Notes under the pieces: model-generated
Databases searched by the model: none
What the model was told of the DNA's origin: nothing
Seen by the model: only the letters and a program-made list of their open reading frames with translations
In this document: piece after piece, positions 40,560-47,829 of the stretch
Layout of the letters: every line of letters starts with the position of its first letter
Position numbering within the stretch: position 1 is the first letter of the stretch
Source of the DNA: a bacterium
Lineage (GTDB): Bacteria; Patescibacteriota; Patescibacteriia; Veblenbacterales; UBA10138
Direction of reading: 5' to 3'
Assembly (NCBI GenBank): GCA_020057885.1
Contig: JAGVEX010000019.1
Span: 84,045-148,044, forward strand
Length of the DNA: 64,000 bases
Translations under genes and position numbers: made by a program

Positions 40560-41108
40560 TTGTTAACAATATTAATGATAATTAATTTTATGGAACAACT
40601 AAGTCTAACAAAACAAATCCTTCTTACCTTACTCGATGGGGCTTCTGAATTAAGAGGCATGCATAAAAATATGAGACTTATATCTCCTTTTCGCGGCATA
40701 ACCAAAACGCCAAATTATTATGTATCGCTTGGACGACTCAAACGGCGTGGTTACATAAAACAAATAAATAATAACTATTATTTAACTTTACAGGGCAAAC
40801 AATTAGCGCAACATTTACTTGTCAGACAAGCTCTTAAGATAAAAAGCCAACGTTGGGACGGGCAATGGCGTATGGTGTGTTTTGATATTCCAGAAAAATT
40901 AAGACGCGAACGAGCGGCTTTACGCAATTTTCTTTATCGTTCCGGATTTCGAAAATTACAAGAAAGTGTCTGGCTAACACCATATGACGTAATAAAAGAA
41001 GCTGTTGACACATGGAAAGAACTTGGGCTGGCGCCTTATGTTCGCACAGCGCTTATAAAATCGCTTGATAACGAAATTGAATTTAAAAAACTATTTAAAC
41101 TCACCTAA
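40560..41108 (+). CDS. PaaX-like protein with an N-terminal winged-helix and a C-terminal Cas2-like motif (cassette 1)
   Basis: The N-terminal half looks like a wHTH. The C-terminal half has 'WRMVCFDIPEKLRRERAALRNFLYRSGFRKLQESVWLTPYD', a Cas2/PaaX_C-like beta-alpha-beta core. It is a paralogue of ORF 53388..53939. Confidence 0.55.
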   Translation: MLTILMIINFMEQLSLTKQILLTLLDGASELRGMHKNMRLISPFRGITKTPNYYVSLGRLKRRGYIKQINNNYYLTLQGKQLAQHLLVRQALKIKSQRWDGQWRMVCFDIPEKLRRERAALRNFLYRSGFRKLQESVWLTPYDVIKEAVDTWKELGLAPYVRTALIKSLDNEIEFKKLFKLT

Positions 41109-41204
41109 ATCACGACGGTCGTTATTAAATTTTAAGTAAATTAAAACAACTTACTTAATATTAAGTAAGTTGTTAATAAATTTATAACTTTTTTATCTAT
41201 CTAA

Positions 41205-41230
41205 CACTTTTGGTCGGTCGACCAAAAGTG
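41205..41230. repeat. GC-core palindrome P3 ('cacttttg-gtcg-gtcg-accaaaagtg'), the right border of cassette 1
   Basis: 9-bp arms 'cacttttgg' / 'ccaaaagtg'. The centre is the palindrome 'ggtcgacc' carrying a 4-bp 'gtcg' tandem duplication. Confidence 0.55.
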
Positions 41231-41289
41231 TAAGGTTTAAAAAATAAGGGTTAATAATAGTTTAAATTAAATAAATTGTTTAGACTAAA

Positions 41290-41372
41290 ATGTTCAAGCT
41301 AAAATTCCAATAGCTATTACAACACTAATTGTTAATAAAATTTTACGACGATCAATATTCTCAAACATAAAT
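41290..41372 (-). pseudogene. Duplicated 5'-fragment of the TolB-like gene (24-codon remnant)
   Basis: About 90% identical to 39450-39523. It encodes 'MFENIDRRKILLTISVVIAIGILA' then a stop. Confidence 0.45.
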
Positions 41373-41373
41373 T

Positions 41374-42732
41374 TTATTCCTCTAACTTACTAACACAATG
41401 AGCGCCAAACTTACTCACCTTGCAATCCTTTTTACAAACATCATAATAACATAAGGCCATCTTAGGTTCAAAGCTATCACAATCACTAAATTGGGAACAG
41501 GTTTGAATAATCTCATTAACCCAAAGACTTTGAATATTATCATTACATGGCTTCCCCATAAATACAGCGTTCCAATTTGGATAGCATGCATTCAAATATA
41601 AAGCACAAGAATTGGTCACACCGCCACAATCAGCATCAGAAGTGCATATATCACCCTGTTTAAGACCACTGTCACATTTTTGAACGCGATAACTAAACTG
41701 ATTACAAAAATTAGTAAAAGACTGAATAGTGCTATCACCCCAATCAGGTAATCCATATATACTCTTGGCTATATCCATATTTATAGCCATACAGGCTTCG
41801 TTGGGATTTAAACACTCATAGTCCTCCTCAGATATACCAGTATTACCTACGCGAACGCAGCCACCCTTACCACTCTCACACGACGACCCAATACATGACT
41901 GTCCATTAATACTCTCTTTAACACCACACTTATAATGAATACTACTATCAAGTGGATCAGGGTCTGGACACCATTTTCCATATAACTCCGTTTTAACTAT
42001 ATCCATATTAAGACGAGTAAAATTAACAAGTTTAGGATTTACTAAATTAAGAAGTGTGTAAGAAATAAGAGCTAGCACTAAACCTGTGATTGCAGAAATA
42101 ATAGCGTCATTGGCATCTTTAATACGCTCTGGTGAACCAGCAGCCATAATACGCTTAAATCCGCCCCACATTACCATTACTACCGAAGCTACGGCCAACA
42201 TGGCAATAAAAAATTTGTAAAATGCCGCCAAATATCCAGGAAAACCACCACTAACAACGCTGCCGTAACCAGGAATTGGTATTTGTAAATTTATATCCGG
42301 AGTTTTTACAAAACAACGCGCTGACGGGGCCGTACAATTAGATGAATCACTTCTATCCTCATCAAAATCACCTTTCGCGCTATTACATTGCTCTTTCGTC
42401 CAACAATTATTAAAAATTGACCCCGTGTCAGTTGTTTTTGCTCCCGAAACTTTTGTACAACTATTATCCAGATAAGGTTTGCATAGCCAAGTATATACAT
42501 TATAATTTGAATTTATTCTATTTAACTCATCTGTTTTATTAATACAATCATTTGAAGACAAATTTGGAAAACATTCAGCTACTGCAGTAACATATGTTGT
42601 ATCTATAGACACCTTGTCACATCCACAAGAATCCGCCTGCGCGGGCATAGCAAAAATAAACACACCAAACATCAAAACGGCTATTTCAACTATTATTGGA
42701 ATTTTCTTTAATAAATGCATAGCTTTACTCAT
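41374..42732 (-). CDS. Cys-rich secreted protein with a VirB2/TrbC-pilin-like double-transmembrane core (paralogue B)
   Basis: A signal peptide, the core 'FYKFFIAMLAVASVVMVMWGGFKRIMAAGSPERIKDANDAIISAITGLVLALISYTLLNLVNP', and more than 30 cysteines in the N- and C-terminal extensions. Confidence 0.5.
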   Translation of the reverse strand: MSKAMHLLKKIPIIVEIAVLMFGVFIFAMPAQADSCGCDKVSIDTTYVTAVAECFPNLSSNDCINKTDELNRINSNYNVYTWLCKPYLDNSCTKVSGAKTTDTGSIFNNCWTKEQCNSAKGDFDEDRSDSSNCTAPSARCFVKTPDINLQIPIPGYGSVVSGGFPGYLAAFYKFFIAMLAVASVVMVMWGGFKRIMAAGSPERIKDANDAIISAITGLVLALISYTLLNLVNPKLVNFTRLNMDIVKTELYGKWCPDPDPLDSSIHYKCGVKESINGQSCIGSSCESGKGGCVRVGNTGISEEDYECLNPNEACMAINMDIAKSIYGLPDWGDSTIQSFTNFCNQFSYRVQKCDSGLKQGDICTSDADCGGVTNSCALYLNACYPNWNAVFMGKPCNDNIQSLWVNEIIQTCSQFSDCDSFEPKMALCYYDVCKKDCKVSKFGAHCVSKLEE

Positions 42733-42802
42733 TTTAACACACTTTATAGTATTAAAGCGCTAATAATCAATTTACTTAAACGCTTGCCATAATACTAAAA
42801 AA

Positions 42803-43285
42803 TCATTTAAACGGACTAAATATATCATTCGCCACAGAACATACCAAATTTAACCACTGCCCACCCAAAGCCTCGCAAATTACCTCCGGCTGATCTTTAA
42901 TAGTAATAAACAAACCAATTATTATAAACAAGATAAATAATACAAGAAAATCTATAATTATATATAACACCTTACGCCATAATGATAATTTCCAACTGGG
43001 TCTAATAATCGGCAAAACCAGTTCAGCATTAATAGTAAGAAAAATTATTATTAACGGAAACACGAGCCAAGAAAATGGCAGTAGGGCTAATTTAAAATTA
43101 TCAAGGCCTTTTTGCAGTGCTGTATCAGCCGCTTTTTGGATTAAACTAGGACCCGATCCTTTGCTGGATTCTACTTTTAGCATTTTTAAATAACCACCGC
43201 GTCGACCAGCCTCTAGGTTATCTTTCATTACCTGTTTATTATACTCTTCAGCTGATTCTTGATTATTGTTATCTTTATCGGGCAT
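42803..43285 (-). CDS. Hypothetical membrane protein (160 aa, 2-3 transmembrane helices)
   Basis: Hydrophobic segments. Lies within the type IV secretion-like cluster. No family recognised. Confidence 0.35.
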   Translation of the reverse strand: MPDKDNNNQESAEEYNKQVMKDNLEAGRRGGYLKMLKVESSKGSGPSLIQKAADTALQKGLDNFKLALLPFSWLVFPLIIIFLTINAELVLPIIRPSWKLSLWRKVLYIIIDFLVLFILFIIIGLFITIKDQPEVICEALGGQWLNLVCSVANDIFSPFK

Positions 43286-43377
43286 AATATTAGTGAATTA
43301 CGAATCATGAATCACGAATTAACAATTAAAAATAAATTCAGTATTCAGTATTCGTGATTCGGTATTCAAAAATCAAA
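43286..43377. repeat. Intercistronic heptad-repeat hairpin ('gaattac gaatcat gaatcac gaattaa ... ttcagta ttcagta ttcgtga ttcggta ttcaaaa')
   Basis: Strict 7-nt periodicity. 'gaatcacgaa' pairs with 'ttcgtgattc'. It fills the whole spacer between two minus-strand genes. Confidence 0.5.
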
Positions 43378-43941
43378 CTACTCACTCTCCCAACTCGCGC
43401 TATCTACCAACCAATTTTCTCCTGACTTACTTAAACTAACACGCAGGGTAGCATAAGAAATTTTAACCTCACCGTCACGGGTGAATACTTCCTGGCGCTG
43501 GGTTGAGATGGTTAATTCGGCCGCGCTGTCAGTTTGTCTATCTACTTTGGCCACCAAAGCTTTGGTAGTAACACTATAAAAACCAGCTGGCTTGGTTCCG
43601 GATTTAATAATACTATTCACCCTCGTTTGAAAAGAGGGGGTTAAAATGCCTGTTAAATTCTTTAAATTTTCATAAGGCATATCGTTGGAATAGGTGCCAT
43701 AGCGTTCGGCAAAGTTAAGCGCTAAAACACGCGCCGAGAGTGTGGTATCTGTTAGTTTGGGGATCGGCTCAACAACGCCAGTTGGCGTATTTATTGTTGG
43801 TGTATTTGTTGAAACTGCTGGCTGATTAATATTTGTGTTTACATTTGTATTATTATTTTGTAACCAAAAATAAAGCCAAACCGCTAGTAAAATGACTAAA
43901 ATTATTACTAAAACTAAAAGAATTTTGGAGCGACGAGACAT
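43378..43941 (-). CDS. Bitopic membrane protein, possibly a VirB8-like scaffold
   Basis: N-terminal transmembrane helix, a Thr/Asn-rich linker, and a roughly 120-aa extracytoplasmic domain. Its position next to VirB4 suggests the role. Confidence 0.3.
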   Translation of the reverse strand: MSRRSKILLVLVIILVILLAVWLYFWLQNNNTNVNTNINQPAVSTNTPTINTPTGVVEPIPKLTDTTLSARVLALNFAERYGTYSNDMPYENLKNLTGILTPSFQTRVNSIIKSGTKPAGFYSVTTKALVAKVDRQTDSAAELTISTQRQEVFTRDGEVKISYATLRVSLSKSGENWLVDSASWESE

Positions 43942-43960
43942 AAAATAATTAATAAAAGTT

Positions 43961-44110
43961 AATAAAATCCTAAATCTTAAATCCTAATATCTAAATAAAT
44001 TTTAATAACAGAAAATTTAATTAAATTATTTTGTTTTTAGATTATGTTTGTAAATTTTACGCATTGGGAATTGGGAATTATTTAGGGTTTAGACATTAAG
44101 ATTTGAAATT
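43961..44110. promoter_or_regulatory. About 150-bp intergenic repeat unit (copy A). It holds 'TAAATCC'-type heptads and 'cattgggaattgggaatt' and also occurs at 46808-46945.
   Basis: Copies A and B are about 85% identical by eye. On the minus strand the heptads read 'tagatat taggatt taagatt taggatt' and sit upstream of the ATG at 43941. Confidence 0.45.
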
Positions 44111-44188
44111 TATATTATATTCTTTAATCCACCTGCAACAATTAATTTAATATTCTTAATTCATGGTTCGGTATTCGTGATTCTAAAA

Positions 44189-46054
44189 CTAACCAATGTC
44201 TGGCTCTTTCAGGCTTGCTTCAAATTCCTTTTTGGCTTGCTCTATTTCCAAAAGCTGACGAGGATCAGAAGTAATAAGCTGATCTTCGGTGTAAGAAGCC
44301 ACTATTTTAATAGCCGCGTGCTTAGACCCGGCAAAGAAAATGCCCTCACCCACACCACACTCCAAAAGTAAATATTTTTCTCCCTCTGTCAGTAAGAAGG
44401 TTTTTACTACTTTATCAATTCCAGCAGGAGACTGTTTGAGCAATAATTGCAAGGCTGAGTTATTAACAATTGCCTGACCATAGGGCGAGGTTAAGAAATC
44501 ATTTACATCTTGTGTAATTGTGGTAACGCCAAGATAATATTTACGACAACGCTTAACTAACGCAAAAATAAACTTGGCGCTATCTTCGTTTTGCATTAGC
44601 CACCACGCTTCATCAATAACTAAAACACGTTTTTTCATTTCTGAGCGCACTACATTCCAAATGTAATTAACGATTGTATAAATCGCAATCGGCCGTAACT
44701 CATCTTCTAAATCGCGTACAGAAAATACTACTAATTGGTTTTTTACATCCACGTTAGTGGGCCTGTTAAAAAGTCCGGCAAAAGTACCGTCGGTATATTT
44801 TTTAAGCCTCAATACCAAATCTTCGCCCCCTTGCATACCCGCGAGCACCTCTTGAAAATCAGCCATCACCGGCGACTCCACTTTGGTTAAATCGGAATTG
44901 GGCGTAATATCTTTTTTGGCATAAGTTTCTAAGAGGGCTCTATCAACCAACGAATCCTCTTGATGAGTAAGGGTGCCAAGCATTAAACGCATTAAACCTT
45001 TTAGGGTAATTACAGCGGAACGAATAATATCGCCTGTATTTACCTCGCCCACTGGCCTGGGTAAATCAAAGGGATTAATTTTAGATTCAGAATTCAAAGA
45101 AATATTAATGTAAGCACCACCCACAGCATCGGTTAAATGCTTATATTCCATTTCTGGATCAATAATAATTACATCGGTACCCATCATTAAACTACGCAAC
45201 ACTTCCAGTTTTACAGCATAGCTTTTGCCAGCGCCCGAAGTGGCAAAAACAGTCATATTGGCATTTTGCAAACTAAATCTATCAAATAAAATCAAGGAAT
45301 TATTGTGTCTATTTATACCGTATAAAATACCACTATCACTAGTTAATTCCGAGGAAATAAAAGGGAAAGAAGAAGCGGCGGGCGAACTGTTCATATTAAA
45401 GTAAACTTGTAGTTCGTCGTTGGCGAGGGGTAAGGTGGAGTTAAAGCCTTGTTCTGATTGCCAAAGAGCGCGCCGTGAATAAACCAACTTTGAACCAAGC
45501 ATGCTTTCTACTTCCTCTGTTATTTTGTCTAACTCTTTTTTATCTGGAGCATACAGAGTAAGATAAAGCCCGACTTGAAAAAAACGTTCCGTGCCTTGAG
45601 TTAAACTGTCGCGCAATTGTTCAATATCGTGCAAAGCTGTTTCGCGAATCGGGTCGCGCGGAGCGCCTTTATCATGGTCGGCCACCAGTTGGGCCTCAAT
45701 TGCACCCACACGATTACGCAGTTGTTTTAAAATGACTTCTGTTTTTACATTATAGAAAAACATACTTACATCCAAAGTCGCGTTCATATTCACAATTGGC
45801 GCAAACCAACCAACCGAGATATAGCGAGGATAAGTGAGTATAAATAAAGTACGCAAATATACGCCGTTTAACTCCACGTGTTCCGATTGAACACGAAAAG
45901 CAGCTGGTGCAATTAAATCACGCACCTTTACCGAGCCCTCGCGCAATAAGCGCTCAGCCTCTAAGAGTTCCTTTTCAGTAGCTTGCCCCAACTCTTCCAC
46001 GGGCGGAGGGGGCGGCGCTAATTCACTGGTTACTTTTGATACATCAATGGCCAT
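44189..46054 (-). CDS. VirB4/TrbE-family type IV secretion ATPase, C-terminal ATPase-containing part
   Basis: Walker A 'ATSGAGKSYAVK', Walker B 'RVLVIDEAWWLM', and a VirB4-like middle region. 621 aa. Confidence 0.75.
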   Translation of the reverse strand: MAIDVSKVTSELAPPPPPVEELGQATEKELLEAERLLREGSVKVRDLIAPAAFRVQSEHVELNGVYLRTLFILTYPRYISVGWFAPIVNMNATLDVSMFFYNVKTEVILKQLRNRVGAIEAQLVADHDKGAPRDPIRETALHDIEQLRDSLTQGTERFFQVGLYLTLYAPDKKELDKITEEVESMLGSKLVYSRRALWQSEQGFNSTLPLANDELQVYFNMNSSPAASSFPFISSELTSDSGILYGINRHNNSLILFDRFSLQNANMTVFATSGAGKSYAVKLEVLRSLMMGTDVIIIDPEMEYKHLTDAVGGAYINISLNSESKINPFDLPRPVGEVNTGDIIRSAVITLKGLMRLMLGTLTHQEDSLVDRALLETYAKKDITPNSDLTKVESPVMADFQEVLAGMQGGEDLVLRLKKYTDGTFAGLFNRPTNVDVKNQLVVFSVRDLEDELRPIAIYTIVNYIWNVVRSEMKKRVLVIDEAWWLMQNEDSAKFIFALVKRCRKYYLGVTTITQDVNDFLTSPYGQAIVNNSALQLLLKQSPAGIDKVVKTFLLTEGEKYLLLECGVGEGIFFAGSKHAAIKIVASYTEDQLITSDPRQLLEIEQAKKEFEASLKEPDIG

Positions 46055-46060
46055 AAAAAT

Positions 46061-46098
46061 TTAAATCCTAAATTCGAAATCCTAAATCCTAAAAAATT
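46061..46098 (-). promoter_or_regulatory. Heptad array ending 3 nt before the VirB4-C ATG (minus strand reads 'taggatt taggatt tcgaatt taggatt taaattt')
   Basis: Same motif family as the arrays at 16238, 46808 and 62486. Confidence 0.45.
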
Positions 46099-46107
46099 AA
46101 TTTTTAA

Positions 46108-46797
46108 TTAGTTTGTTTCTACTTGCAATTTATCTAATTCGACTAATTTTTGTTGCTCTCTAATTTCGGGATTATAAGTTGTATAATAAAGCTCAATCAA
46201 ACTTTGCGTATCCAGCCTAACCGCTTTTACACCCATAGAAGATAAGCCCGATTGAATATATCCGGTGCGCCTATCCAAAGCCTCGGCGTAACGGTTAAAA
46301 TCGGTACGCGATAATTTTACTGAATAAGCCGCGGAAAAAATTGAAGTAAAGCGTCTAAAAAAAGAACGCCGTTTATCTGACCTGTGGTCATATGTTACCA
46401 CCACATAAAACCGTTTGGTCATAATATCACCTAAACTAATAAGCTCGCGAATATAAGCGAGATACTCTGTAATTTGCACGCGTAAAAGTTCGTTAGTTTG
46501 TTGTTTTTGTAAAGCCTCCAAATTAGTCAAATATTTATCTATATTAAGTTTACGCGATTGAATAACTATCTGTAGAGGAGAATCCAAAGAATTAAGAAAA
46601 TTAATATAGGCCTGAATAGTGGCATTTTGTTCATCTTCACTTTTAAGCGCAAAATTAACCGAGGAACACAAAAACACCGAGCGCAGAGTGCCATCTTTCA
46701 TCACCACACAATTATCGTGAATTTCGGCAATATCTAAATACGAACTGGTAGGCGGACCGGCTTTGGCTTTTTTTGGTTTAGTTTCAGTTTTGGACAT
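46108..46797 (-). CDS. VirB4 N-terminal domain (CagE/TrbE/VirB-type) encoded as a separate ORF
   Basis: 'CVVMKDGTLRSVFLCSSVNFALKSEDEQNATIQAYINFLNSLDSPLQIVIQSRKL' follows the characteristic VirB4 N-domain pattern. It is in a different frame from the ATPase ORF and separated from it by 53 nt. Confidence 0.55.
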   Translation of the reverse strand: MSKTETKPKKAKAGPPTSSYLDIAEIHDNCVVMKDGTLRSVFLCSSVNFALKSEDEQNATIQAYINFLNSLDSPLQIVIQSRKLNIDKYLTNLEALQKQQTNELLRVQITEYLAYIRELISLGDIMTKRFYVVVTYDHRSDKRRSFFRRFTSIFSAAYSVKLSRTDFNRYAEALDRRTGYIQSGLSSMGVKAVRLDTQSLIELYYTTYNPEIREQQKLVELDKLQVETN

Positions 46798-46807
46798 AAA
46801 ATATAAA

Positions 46808-46945
46808 TTAAATCCTAAATTCTAAATCCTAATATCTAAATAAATTCCAATACCAAAAACCAATTTAATTATTTTTAGATTACACTTATCAATTTTACAC
46901 ATTGGGAATTGGGAATTATTTAAGATTTAGACATTAAGATTTAAG
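46808..46945. promoter_or_regulatory. About 150-bp intergenic repeat unit (copy B) with 'TAAATCC' heptads, ending 13 nt before the VirB4-N ATG
   Basis: See copy A. The minus strand reads 'tagatat taggatt tagaatt taggatt taattta'. Confidence 0.45.
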
Positions 46946-46962
46946 GCTTAACTAACATATCT

Positions 46963-47418
46963 TTACTCTTCGCTCTTACTAACTTCATCTTCTTCTGGCT
47001 TATAGGCTCCTCCTGTATCCACTAATAAAGTAAGTTGTTGTAAACGTGATTGTTGCAAAAGCGGCTTAGTGCGGCCACTAGCAGTGGCTACTATGGGAAT
47101 TGACTTATGAATAGATTCTTGCAAATCATCAGTGCTAATAACTTTTTGCCACACGCGGAGTTTGGGTTTTTTTAAGGTTTGTATGAGGTTAAACAAAAAG
47201 TAATGAAATGGCATACCGTTAAATTTCACAAACGCAAACATAATACCTATGCCAACTGTTATCACTGTCTCCAGAACAAACCAACCAAAAGCCGCTAATT
47301 TAAACTCCAAAAAAATAACAAAACCAACCAGCATTATAATTATAAACTGACGTATGGTAAGAGGACCGATTATTTTATCCTCGACGTCTATAAATTGTGG
47401 CACGACAATTTGCTGCAT
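46963..47418 (-). CDS. PrgI / VirB3-like small type IV secretion membrane protein
   Basis: 'MQQIVVPQFIDVEDKIIGPLTIRQFIIIMLVGFVIF' matches the PrgI-family N-terminus. Two transmembrane helices. It lies immediately upstream of the VirB4 genes. Confidence 0.5.
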   Translation of the reverse strand: MQQIVVPQFIDVEDKIIGPLTIRQFIIIMLVGFVIFLEFKLAAFGWFVLETVITVGIGIMFAFVKFNGMPFHYFLFNLIQTLKKPKLRVWQKVISTDDLQESIHKSIPIVATASGRTKPLLQQSRLQQLTLLVDTGGAYKPEEDEVSKSEE

Positions 47419-47458
47419 AGGTGAAAGTAAGTGTAAGAGTATTGAGTAAGAGTAAAAA

Positions 47459-47803
47459 TTAATTAGCCATTAAACCAGTTAACATGCGAGCTATTTCTTC
47501 ACTTTGTTGATAAATGATATCAAATCTAGGTTGCGTTATAAGTGATTTATCTACTAGCAACATACTTACGTTGATAACTTCATAAACTGAACCTTTGGCA
47601 ATATTGTAAAAATTATTTGCTTCTTTTTTAGATTTTCTGCCACTACCCTCAGCAATGTTATTAGGCACCGAAATAGCTGCTCTAATTAAATTATTGCCTA
47701 TAGTATAACGATAATCATTTGGTAATTTTTTAACGTCATCTATTATGTCGCTACAAAACCTTTGTGATTTTTTCCATACTTCTAAGGTTTCAAATTTAAA
47801 CAT
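47459..47803 (-). CDS. Four-helix-bundle protein (TIGR02436 / '23S rRNA intervening sequence protein' family)
   Basis: 'FETLEVWKKSQRF', 'NIAEGSGRKSKKE' and 'IAKGSVYE' signatures. 114 aa. Flanked by 'GTAAGAG' heptad repeats. Confidence 0.7.
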   Translation of the reverse strand: MFKFETLEVWKKSQRFCSDIIDDVKKLPNDYRYTIGNNLIRAAISVPNNIAEGSGRKSKKEANNFYNIAKGSVYEVINVSMLLVDKSLITQPRFDIIYQQSEEIARMLTGLMAN

Positions 47804-47829
47804 ACTCTTACTCTTAACTCTTACTCTTA

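Noticed and set aside
46061-46098. 'AGGA' within the heptads as Shine-Dalgarno sequences
   Set aside because: The distance from the last AGGA to the ATG varies from about 13 to about 24 nt between loci. That is inconsistent with SD function, so they are treated as promoter-like instead.
43945-46945. Possible CRISPR-like array from short tandem repeats
   Set aside because: The repeats are 7-nt heptads with no unique spacers and no 25-40-bp repeat unit. No cas genes are present.
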